DNA of 63,613 nt, the filler included, from Cystobasidiomycetes sp. EMM_F5 (Eukaryota), in the NCBI GenBank assembly GCA_051047955.1. It is 38 parts of 38 records of this genome, joined end to end, with 100 filler letters (N's around TTAATTAATTAA, not from the genome) between each part and the next. Parts side by side here need not be neighbours in the genome. Positions count along the whole stretch, not along the records: positions 52,537 to 53,863 come from JBPGPT010000150.1; positions 53,964 to 55,277 come from JBPGPT010000151.1; positions 55,378 to 56,686 come from JBPGPT010000152.1; positions 56,787 to 58,086 come from JBPGPT010000153.1; positions 58,187 to 59,481 come from JBPGPT010000154.1; positions 59,582 to 60,870 come from JBPGPT010000155.1; positions 60,971 to 62,247 come from JBPGPT010000156.1; positions 62,348 to 63,613 come from JBPGPT010000157.1; 30 more parts are not named here. One strand, written 5' to 3'. Position 1 is the first letter of the stretch; every line of letters begins with the position of its first letter. Position numbers and translations under genes: made by a program. Below the pieces are notes generated by a model, which saw only the letters and a list, made by a program, of their open reading frames with translations, made no database searches and was not told the origin of the DNA. Of the stretch, positions 53,486 through 63,613 are shown one piece after another.

Positions 53486-53568
53486 GGACATGTGGCAGAG
53501 CGGTTTAATGCACCATACTTGAAATATGACGTACTTAGGTACCATGAGTTCGAATCTCATTTTGTCCG
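53486..53568 (+). tRNA. trnS: Mitochondrial tRNA-Ser(UGA)
   Basis: GGACATG/TTTGTCC acceptor; CATA-CTTGAAA-TATG; long variable arm. Confidence 0.88.
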
Positions 53569-53963
53569 GCTTATTTGCAAAACTCCTCAGGGGTTTGCCT
53601 GTTATAAAGCTTATTTTTGATTTTTTTACTAAGTTTGTTGACTTTGCTGAGGCCTTATCAAGCTTATTCGCTTTAATATTGACCTTTGGTCAATATTCTG
53701 GCGAACGTGCTTGATAACTTGTAGAAGTCAGCAACAATTTCAACCAATAAAAATAAGGGAAATAATCGGAAGGTCTAAGAATATATTATTCTAAGTTCTG
53801 ATCATTTTTAAAGTTATCCTTTTTAGATTCCTTATCAAGCATGTGAATATTTATTTTATAAATNNNNNNNNNNNNNNNNNNNNNNNNNNNNNNNNNNNNN
53901 NNNNNNNTTAATTAATTAANNNNNNNNNNNNNNNNNNNNNNNNNNNNNNNNNNNNNNNNNNNN

Positions 53964-55222
53964 TGCCTATCGAGGTATGGTACGTGGAGTTGTACGCAAA
54001 CTCAGCGAATGGAAGAAGTTCAGAAGGCTGTGAATGGAGCGTAGCGTTCAGGGTTGAGACTTCGAGAGGTGTCGAGGAGTCTCGAAACACGACTTGAGGC
54101 TCTGATTCACAGGCCTTACCCCCAGGTGCATAATCGGGACGACGCGATAGTGCGTCAGGTTTGCCAGACTTATGACCAGGACGGTAAGTTACTTTGTAAT
54201 GGTGGTGATTGATGATTCCGGACCAGCGGGCTTGACGTCGAGTGAGAGTCTTGGAAGTACGGAAGTATTCGAGGGCTTGATGATCAGTGAGAATGATGAA
54301 GGGCTTTGGTATACCTTCGAGATAGTGTCGCCAGATCTTGAGAGCGGTTACTATAGCCAGGAGTTATTTGTCGTGGATTTCATAATTGAGTTCTGCGGGG
54401 ATCATTTTTCGAGACATGAATGCGACTGGGCGCAACTCCTTGCCGTGATATTGAGAGAGTGCAGCGGAGATAGCGAAGTCAGAAGCATCAGTCTCGATGA
54501 CAGTTTCGAGTCCGGGTTGGAAGTGTCGAAGTATATTGGCACTCTCGAAGGCCGATTTGATAGACTCGAAGGCTTCTCGAGCTCGAGAACCAAACTCGAA
54601 TTTGCTGTCTTTCTTAAGGAGGTCTGTGAGGGGTCGAGTGATACGGGAAATCCTTGGATGAAGCGTCGGTAGAAGTTGGCGAAGCCTAAGAACTGTTGTA
54701 TCTCTTTGACTTTGGTAGGTTCTGGCCAGCTTCGAATCGACTCGACCTTGTTCGAGGCCATTTCTACGCCATCTGCGGAGACGACGAAGCCTACGAACTC
54801 GGTTCGAGTGGTGTCAAACTCACACTTCTCGGCTTTTACATAGAGTCCGTGCTTGATAAGGCGTTCAAGGACGACTCGAACAGGTTGATGATGTTCGTCG
54901 AGAGTGTTTGAGAAGATCAGGATATCGTCGAGATAGACGAGGACTGTGATGTCGAGCAGGTCTCGAAGCACATCATTCATGAAATGCTGAAACGCTGCAG
55001 GAGCATCAGTAAGGCCGAATGGCATGACTACGCACTCGAAATGACCATAACGAGTGCGGAATGCAGTCTTCCATTCATCGCCTTCTTTGATTCGAACAAG
55101 ATTGTATGCGCCTCGAAGGTCGAGCTTGGAGAAGACTCGAGCACCTCGAAGACGGTCGAGAGCTTCGGGAATCAGTGGCAGAGGGTACCGGTTCTTGATG
55201 GTGATAGCGTTAAGAGCGCGAT
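53964..55222 (-). pseudogene. Defective Ty3/Gypsy family B pol (RT, RNase H) with a nonsense codon, an internal deletion and an LTR insertion
   Basis: YLDD, ETDASD, TDHQAL; TAA at 54366-54364 in HDK*LL; fused to the integrase segment [10 protein letters not shown]. Confidence 0.9.
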
Positions 55223-55277
55223 TGTCATGCCTCGACTCAGTTGGAGTAACTCGAACCTAACTCGAACCTCTCTCGGA
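55223..55277 (+). mobile_element. Family B LTR start, inserted antisense into RT
   Basis: Exact reverse complement of 24291-24345, beginning precisely at the terminal TG. Confidence 0.9.
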
Positions 55278-55493
55278 NNNNNNNNNNNNNNNNNNNNNNN
55301 NNNNNNNNNNNNNNNNNNNNNTTAATTAATTAANNNNNNNNNNNNNNNNNNNNNNNNNNNNNNNNNNNNNNNNNNNNACAAACTCAGCCACAACCTGATT
55401 AACCTAAAGGTTAATCACAAACCAATAAAAAGTACAGGCCTGATTCTTATAAAAATAAAAATCATCCCCTTGCAAACACAAAACATATATAAA

Positions 55494-55575
55494 ACAAATA
55501 TGCTGAAATGGTATACAGGCTGCTCTTAGGAAGCAGTGACATCCCGTCGTGCGGGTTCAAGTCCCGCTATTTGTA
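55494..55575 (+). tRNA. trnL: Mitochondrial tRNA-Leu(UAG)
   Basis: ACAAATA/TATTTGT acceptor; CTGCT-CTTAGGA-AGCAG; long variable arm. Confidence 0.9.
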
Positions 55576-55600
55576 GTTTTAAATTTAAGATAAAAAAAAG

Positions 55601-55671
55601 GCATTGCTAGCTCAATGGTAGAGCACTATACTTCGGATATAGCAATATTGGTTCGATTCCGGTGTGATGCT
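55601..55671 (+). tRNA. trnR: Mitochondrial tRNA-Arg(UCG)
   Basis: GCATTGC/GTGATGC acceptor; CTATA-CTTCGGA-TATAG; consistent with CGA codons in nad1 and atp9. Confidence 0.88.
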
Positions 55672-56232
55672 ATTGTGAATAGACCATTTACAGTTAATTT
55701 AATTAAAAAAAAAATCCTCCTGAAAACAAGGTTAATGAGCGAAGCTAAGTGTACTTTTGCTATTTTCAGGAAAGGTGTAGCTTCTGAATCTTTATTTTAT
55801 AAATATTAACGTTCGCCAGAATAACCTAGATAAAGCAACAATGGAATCTAAAAACAAGCGATTTTTTATATAAATCTGAAAAAGCAAATCAAAATAATCG
55901 TAAGGTATAAGAATCCATTTTCAGGGCCTTTTTCAGGGGCATTATTTATGATTAATAAAGAACGGGCCCCTTTGTTGAATTTGCTGAGGTTATTGTTGAA
56001 GTTTATTCAACAAACTCAGCAACATATTCAACAAACTCAGCAACGAAAAACTAGAGCCCTGAAAACTCAAATAATAAAAATAAGTCCTGAAAATAGCTCA
56101 ATTTTCACAAATGCACAAGTTCTGATCATTTTGATTTTCAATCAAGTTCTCAAGCTCTGCTTGAGAAGGGATCAGAAGGAGTTTTTAATGTAATAATCAT
56201 TCATAAGGGTATTTTTCTGTATGAACTATATA

Positions 56233-56304
56233 ACGGACATCGTATAACGGTTAGTACTGCTACCTTCCAAGTAGCAAGTGAGGTTTCGATTACCTCTGTC
56301 CGTA
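56233..56304 (+). tRNA. trnG: Mitochondrial tRNA-Gly(UCC)
   Basis: ACGGACA/TGTCCGT acceptor; GCTAC-CTTCCAA-GTAGC. Confidence 0.9.
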
Positions 56305-56786
56305 TAACGTTAATTACAGTTAATTGTTGATATCCGGTCCTTACCCCTCCCCCCGACTGTTGTTGATTTTTACTTAAAAATCAGGGGAGGACCAAGGGGA
56401 CCTCAATAACGGTTCGTTTTCTTTTGTACAATAACCTCCTCCATTATTTTCATTGGCAGCGCCTGATTATTTTTTTTTAATAGGTTGAAATTGTTGCGGA
56501 GTTTGTTGAAGTTGTTGCTGAGTTTGTTGAATAAACTTCAACAATAACCTCAGCAAATTCAACAAGTTATCAAGGTTATTCGCTTTAATATTGATAAAAA
56601 AAAATCTTCACAAGCAACAATGAGCTTAAGATTTTTTTAAGTAAATCTTAAACGTTTTCAGGGGACCCGTTCGCATGTGCATATTTNNNNNNNNNNNNNN
56701 NNNNNNNNNNNNNNNNNNNNNNNNNNNNNNTTAATTAATTAANNNNNNNNNNNNNNNNNNNNNNNNNNNNNNNNNNNNNNNNNNNN

Positions 56787-58086
56787 CGCCGGTTACGAGG
56801 CGGGAAATGCGCTACAAACTTTTGCGCGAGATGCATCGAGGGATCTGACTCGCGATCTTACTGCCTATCATCACGCTTACGCAGTCCAAGTCGACGGACT
56901 GGACGCCACCTACCCAAATCGTCTCCACCTACGCGTTTCTCACCTACCTCAAGCAAACCCGCAAAACCCCAAGCAGCCCATAGACTGGAATCGTGCAGAC
57001 TTCTTTGCTACGGTCAATGTTTACGACGTCATTGTTGTCATTCTTGATACTCCAGGAGGCGAACGCATTTGGCTGACCGGAATGATCACATACTTCAAGA
57101 ACGACAAGAAGAACAGATTCGTCATGAGCGTCGGCAGAGTCTGTCCGAGCGATAGATGTGACTCTATCGCGTTCCATGATATCACTCCCGAAGCCAAAGC
57201 AGCAGCGTTCACGAACAGGCCGTCTACCTCCGCTGCCAGCGACAACCCGCTGGCACAGCAGATCAAGACGCAAATAGCGACACGAGGTAGCCTATTCAAG
57301 GCTCATTACAAGTGAGTAGCTTGATTGCTTGCTTATTGTAATATTTACTGACACCTCGTTCAGTTTTGGTGTGCTCATAGGATCAATCTACCACGCCAAT
57401 CTCGCTCAAGGCGAAGTGCGCCGATTTCTCTTCAATCCACTGAGATGGTACCCAGAAACCGCCAACATAGCTCTAATCCGATGTGTCACCCTCGACATCC
57501 AGCAATCAGCTCTTGCGGGTTTGAACGTTCACCCGGACTTGGCGCGCATGATAGCGACACGGCTCGTCAATCTGCAGACATCCTTCTCCGTGGATTACGG
57601 TCAGGGGCACGTAGGAAGCGGGAAAACACAATTTGGGGCACTCTTTGCTCTGTGCTTCATCGTTTTTGCCCGCATCCTCAAGACCCAACCTACCCCAATC
57701 AGGCGCTACACCTTGGGCGAAGAAGAGCACGAGTTTGACTTGAGCTTCGCTAGAGGGCAGCTGTATCTCAATGCACAGACAAACGATGCTACCCAGGCTC
57801 TCCTGAAACGCCTCAAAGAACTGCTTCAGCTTCGCGGCATCCCGGATGACGATATTCAAAACATCCTTTTACATTCATACCCCGTATATAATGCAGAGCG
57901 TTTCAACTTCAGCGGAGTGTCTACGGGCATGAACGAAATGTCTAAATGCTTCGAGCTTGTTCGGCCTTATTGGCAAGCGGAACTCGTAGCAATGGAGGAA
58001 GCACTTCGTTGGATTGACCGCGAGGAGCGCGAAAGGCAAGCACGCAACAAGGACAAGCCTGGACGACAAAAGCCTAAGCGACAGGT
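56787..58086 (+). CDS. Divergent P-loop protein resembling Upf1/DNA2/Sen1-like SF1 helicases; internal fragment with one intron (57312-57363)
   Basis: About 415 codons open across the contig; Walker A GHVGSGKT and a motif Ia-like YLNAQTNDATQALLKRL. Confidence 0.6.
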
Positions 58087-58315
58087 NNNNNNNNNNNNNN
58101 NNNNNNNNNNNNNNNNNNNNNNNNNNNNNNTTAATTAATTAANNNNNNNNNNNNNNNNNNNNNNNNNNNNNNNNNNNNNNNNNNNNTTATGCTGAGGTGC
58201 TATGTCAGTGCCAGTGAATGCATTGCGTCATACAACATCAAGGCAGAGAGGCACCTAAGATGACCGTCCTAATTCTCCCTAAAAGTCATGGTAAAGTCGT
58301 TAAGCTCCGATTCAT

Positions 58316-59481
58316 TCAGCAGCCTCCACATTGGCAGCGTTCACGCCAGGTAGGATTACATTCTGAGCAACACAGCGAGTGAGCGGAATCGAGATATGAA
58401 GCAAATGAGCCTACCTTCCAAGCCTGGCTTCTGACGAGCATTTTGGCGAAGCCGCGAGTCTGTGCTGTAATCACAGGCGAAAAGGGATCTTCAGGCGGAC
58501 TGCTCTCGCAGTGTCCCCTAACATTCCGGCTCAATTCGAAAAGCAGGGCAGCGTATAATGCAGGCGTATCGCGGTGATTGCGAGACACAGCTGACATCAG
58601 AGCAGCGACACGCTCTATCAAGGAGTGTGACAGCTCCGCCGATTCCTGCAGGTGCGGCAAGACCTTCAACAAGAACACGGCTGCGTGCAGAACGAATTCA
58701 AAGTGTCCATCAGGCGCTTCTCTGACAGCAGAGGGTCGAGAGAGTTCTGTTTCAGTGGCTGTAAGAATACGTTTGGCGTAAACAACGCCTTTGATGAGGT
58801 CTGAATAAAGTGATTTAGGCAAGGGCACCCGTTTTGGCGAGCTTCGACTCACAAATGGGCAAGTCCTTCGTCTTCAGTTCGATTGCGTGCTGCAAGGCGA
58901 ACGAGAATACGACCAGACTCCAGTCTGGATAAATTGTTCCATTAGCTCGAATGAAAGTGAGAAATGACGTTACGCACACGCAACATAAAACTCGGCAAGA
59001 TACGACAAGTACGACTCTGTATAGGGTTCCAGCTTGTTTTCCAAACGAAAGGAATCGCGGAGGCGCTCGAAGCGCGACAGCCAAGATGTCGTTTGGTTTT
59101 GGTATATCTGTACGGTCGCACCGTAGTCGTACGTATCTCGCGCCATATTGGAGACTACATCAAGCGCGCCCCGGGTAAGAAGCAGTAGCTCCTAACACAA
59201 GCCAGACTTAGCACAATATGGGAAGGACTCGTCCTTAGCGCACTGCATAATGGACCAGTAGGAGCGCTTCCGGTTCTTCGGGAAGCCACTCGTATGCTGC
59301 TCGGATGCTTTCTTCGAGGCGGCTATTGATAGATGGAACTCTACCACGTTGAGCGCTCTTCGTGCTGTCAATCACAGCACAGAGAAGCCACGTCCTTTCG
59401 GCATTGTGCCTAGGAGTGGACCGCCAGGATTTATGGTAGAGCTGCAGGTCGAGCGCCATCCTGATAAGCACAATCTCAGCA
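58316..59481 (-). CDS. Fungal-specific transcription factor domain protein, fragment, spliced
   Basis: IRMALDLQL...ERTWLLCAVID...QRGR; APDGHFEFVLHAAVFLLK. Confidence 0.8.
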
Positions 59482-59581
59482 NNNNNNNNNNNNNNNNNNN
59501 NNNNNNNNNNNNNNNNNNNNNNNNNTTAATTAATTAANNNNNNNNNNNNNNNNNNNNNNNNNNNNNNNNNNNNNNNNNNNN

Positions 59582-60870
59582 CGGCTCGGGCCAGGATGTA
59601 ACAGAGTCGACCTTGTCTTGTGCCATAGCGACACCGTCTGGTGATATGACGAAGCCAAGGAACTCGGTAGTTGTGACATTGAACTGACACTTGTTTGGTG
59701 CACAGTACAAGCCGTTCTTGATGAGACGTCGGAGTACTTCGCGAACGTGGCCAGTATGTTCGTCTGAATTGTTGGAAAAGACGAGGATGTCGTCCAGGTA
59801 AACCAGGACGTAAATGTCCAAAATATCACGGAAGACATCGTTGACGAAATGTTGAAAGGCCGCAGGTGCATTGGTCAACCCAAAGGGCATGACGAGACAT
59901 TCGAAATGTCCATAGCGCGTGCGAAATGCGGTCTTCCATTCGTCACCTTCCTTGATACGGACCAGGTTATAAGCTCCACGGAGATCCATCTTAGTGAAGA
60001 AGCGGGCGGATCGTATGCGATCTAGAGCTTCGGGAATCAGAGGGAGTGGGTATCGGTTCTTGATGGTGATATTGTTGAGAGCGCGATAATCCACACAGAG
60101 GCGGAGATCGCCGGTCTTCTTCTTGACAAAGAGAATAGGAGCGCCGGCTGGGGACTGAGAGGCTCGGATGAAGCCTTTGGCGAGGTTGTCCTTGATCCAT
60201 TCGCTGAGTGCCTTGAGTTCGAGTTCGGACAGAGAGTACAGAGGACCAAAGGGAGGCTGCTTGCCGTCTTCTAGATCAATGGAAAGATCGTAGGGACGGT
60301 GTGGAGGTAGCTTGTCGGCCTCGGTTTTGGAGAAGGCGGCTAATAGATCGTGGTAATTCTCCGGAACTAATTGCTTCACATGGGCAACATAGTCATCGGG
60401 GTCGGGCATGTCGAGTGGGTTGTCGGATGTAGCACTGAGGTGCTGTGCGGGTGTCTCGGAATATCGGAGGATGCCCACGACGGAGCCAGGTAACTGAGCC
60501 GCAGCACAGTACAGATGCGCATCGAGCCAGTCAATGTTGGGCTGGTCAGGCGATGGCAGAGATGTCTCCTCAGAGCTCGTTGAGACGAGAGGGAGCGCCC
60601 TAACAGGCGACGGAAGATCCTTTGTCGGAAGGCTGAGATGTCCTCGACGCCAGTCAATTGATGGGTTGAAGCGTCGAAGCCATGGCATGCCCAGTACTAT
60701 GGGGTAGGATCCTAGACAGGTTACATCAAGGTCGGATGCGAGACGTTTGTCGCCTAGCCAGAAGTGAGATGACACGAAGTGAGTCAGAGCTCCAGATAGG
60801 ATTGGACGACCGTCTATGACGTAGAGGTCGACAGGGTCGGGCTTCGGGATTTGAGTGAGATTTTCCCGCT
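59582..60870 (-). mobile_element. Ty3/Gypsy pol (end of protease and RT), probably continuing family C
   Basis: [44 protein letters not shown]; begins at the protease position where contig 34278-35756 ends. Confidence 0.95.
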
Positions 60871-60970
60871 NNNNNNNNNNNNNNNNNNNNNNNNNNNNNN
60901 NNNNNNNNNNNNNNTTAATTAATTAANNNNNNNNNNNNNNNNNNNNNNNNNNNNNNNNNNNNNNNNNNNN

Positions 60971-61471
60971 TTTTCGATTCAGCGTAACGTCGAGAAAGAA
61001 GGCCAGTTCTGCAATGTCATTTGTGCCACGCGTGATGACGACGGGTGTGTCAAGGGTTTGAACAAGTCGAGCCAGCCTCAGATACTCTTCAGTGTCGTAC
61101 TGGTGTTGCTTGAACTCGATGACATCGGCTACTTGTGCGACTTTGTTGACCTCTGTATAACAGAAATGCGTTTCATTGCGCTGCTCAGCCATACAAATGG
61201 GTTGCGCATTTAAGGAGGAGACGCACCGGGAATGTGCTCCGATATTTCTTTTCCGCTCAACTGGGTGAATCCTGGTGTCTTATCATCTGTATAAGCCGTG
61301 ACTTCAAGGTTCGACGCTACGCTGCAGGCAATTGTGCCACCTCTGGCAATAGATAGCCATAATCAGCCGACAAGCGTATGCAAGGCGGAGTGCTTCAACT
61401 TACGTAGCTACTAGTGTCACTCGCGGTAGATGAGCTCGACTCTCTTTTGCCTGTCCAGCCTTGGTAGCCAT
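60971..61471 (-). CDS. L-asparaginase/glutaminase-family protein with variant motif II, spliced, 3' truncated
   Basis: Spliced MATKAG...LPRVTLVATGGTIA (motif I) and VVITRGTNDIAELAFFLD (canonical form V.ITHGTDT.EE.A.FL). Confidence 0.82.
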
Positions 61472-62347
61472 CTCGGTCGTAAGTACAGGGATGTGAAAGA
61501 GCGGAGCTGGAGGTGGGACTACGCAGAGAGAGCACCAAAGAAGGGACAAGACCTGCAGAATCGCATCAGATGCAGGAAGTTAGTTGTCGATGCACGTTAG
61601 CCGAGCGTTACTCAACACGCTAGCCGACGGTCAGTTTGGCGGCGTATGGTCTTCAGATTCAGCTCGACAGTAACACGACCATGCTATAGGTTACGCGCTC
61701 TACGAAGCACGAAGCAGGTGCTCATATGCGGAGAAACACGCAAATAGATGTGGCTTTGATAGGAGGAAAGACGCATATCAGAGCAACAACAGGCAAATCC
61801 CCGCAACTGCGTAATATGTCCAGCACACCATGTCCATTCGAGATTGCACTAGTAAACGGGTTGAAGGACCAGGAATCAACTTCAAATGTTACAGTTGTCT
61901 CGATTCAAGTAATTCTAGCTATAGGGCGGAGACGTGTTAGATACACACCGACGGCGCGGGCTTCCGACTCTAGCGGTGTACAAATCGTACGTCAAATAAG
62001 CTTAATGATACGTGTCTAACGTCAATGACACCGACTGTTCCACAAGTCGGCCCCTCGCTGTTCTCGGTGTAAGCAGACGTTGAGAACCGCATGTTTTCCC
62101 TCTCTAGGATCTTTGGCGTCAACTGAGCCTCGGCAAAGTCCAAGCTGTGCCAAACGCTTCGCGTATCTTCTCCACATTATTGCCGTACGCGGCCATTGCC
62201 TATCGAGTCAAAATGGAGACTCGGTCAATATCGTCTGCGAAACGAACNNNNNNNNNNNNNNNNNNNNNNNNNNNNNNNNNNNNNNNNNNNNTTAATTAAT
62301 TAANNNNNNNNNNNNNNNNNNNNNNNNNNNNNNNNNNNNNNNNNNNN

Positions 62348-63613
62348 ACATCGAAGGTAGTTGCGATCTTGCTCACACTCACACTCTCCAACAGGCATAT
62401 GAATCCTTTTCCGAGGATCCACATCTTTCTGGAATCATGGCAGCTAGCTACATTGCCGGACTACAGGATTCTGGCGTTGGCGGATGCATCAAACACTTTG
62501 GTGGGAAACTTTGTATGCGTACCTGGCTCAACTTAGCTGATTTCATTCATATCTGCTTTGCTCGTTCGATGTTGAACAGTCGCAAACGACATGGAGGACC
62601 AGCGTCTTAGCGTCGACGTCTGCGTCCCTGAGCGAGGCAAGCCTGCGCCCAGGATATTCGGATTGACATTGTGCTCACCATTCTACAATGCACACAGCAT
62701 TACGGGAGATTTATCTCATGCCATTTCACATTGCCCAGAGGAGGAGCCAGCCTTGGTCATACATGACTTCTTACTCTCGTTTGAATGGGCAACACGGTAA
62801 GTGAAACAAGCGAAGACAGCCACAGCCCAAGTGTGCGGTTCTTTCTGATGCTGGAGCCCGCGTAATACAGCATCCGAGAACTCCCGCCTACTCCAGCAGA
62901 TCTTGAGAGACGAATGGGGCTTCGAGGGACTGGTCATGTCGGATTGGTGAGCATCAGTGTACGCAAGGGGCTGCCGCTGAAGTCCCACACGCTTGTAGGA
63001 CTGGGACGTTCTCTGTCGACACATCTATAATTGCAGGCCTTGACCTCGAAATGTTAGTGGGGCATGAGAATTGTCGCTCTTGGCTGACACAGTTTCTGCA
63101 AGGCCTGGTCCAGCAGTATGGCGAACCTCGCACTTGGTCACACATCTACTCGCGGCTGGTAAAGTGACCACAAATGACATCGATGCTCGTGTCAGGGCCG
63201 TCTTGCAGGTGAACAATATATGGTCCATGGCGTCAACGAATGAATTTCTGATGGATATCCGGCAACGCTGCCACAGCTTGTACAAAGAGCTTGCCGGGCC
63301 AATGCACAGCTCGTAGCGAGCAACAAACTTCCGGAAAGAACGCGAGACTGTTCGGAAGAACGAGAACTCAACCTCAAATTTGCATCTGACAGTATCGTCT
63401 TATTAAAGAACAGGAATAACGTTCTTCCCATCGAAGCAGGACGCATAAAATCGATTGCCGTTATCGGACCGAATGCCAAACTGCGTACCGTATCAGGCGG
63501 AGGCTCTGCCTATCTTACGCCGTCGTACATCGTGACTCCGCTTGAAGGTATCGAAGCAGCGATGGCCGATCAGGGTGTGGCTGTCAAGTATGCACCAGGC
63601 TGCTACGGTAAGT
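62348..63613 (+). CDS. GH3 beta-glucosidase N-terminal domain fragment, spliced
   Basis: [69 protein letters not shown]. Confidence 0.95.

Overview
This window is not one locus. It is 38 short, unrelated assembly contigs (about 2.2 kb falling steadily to about 1.3 kb) joined by 37 artificial 100-nt linkers (N44-TTAATTAATTAA-N44), so adjacency across a linker carries no biological meaning. The content is fungal and intron-rich: a basidiomycete, probably Pucciniomycotina (inferred). Four classes of sequence are present. (1) Fragments of nuclear genes: two P450s, four MFS transporters, several Zn2Cys6/Fungal_trans regulators, a PhyH-like dioxygenase, a carboxylesterase, GH3 beta-glucosidase, an aromatic-acid decarboxylase, a class III ADH, NOC2, FAS, ATG12, a divergent asparaginase and a Upf1-like helicase. 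(2) LSU rRNA. (3) Four mitochondrial contigs carrying atp9, nad1 (TGA=Trp), seven tRNAs and families of hairpin repeats. (4) Retrotransposons: three Ty3/Gypsy families, one Ty1/Copia and one tyrosine-recombinase (Ngaro-like) element. The most notable observations are an antisense Zn2Cys6 + coiled-coil ORF lying between the terminal direct repeats of the YR element; a second spliced Zn-cluster-like gene sharing a Gypsy family's sequence signature; a tandem array of 5'-half tRNA-Trp copies in the mtDNA; a deleted Gypsy copy interrupted by its own family's LTR; -1 frameshift pseudoknots in two Gypsy families; three Gal4-type CGG-N11-CCG sites in a P450/MFS divergent promoter; and an asparaginase with an altered catalytic motif. 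All calls come from motif recognition by eye; no database searches were run.
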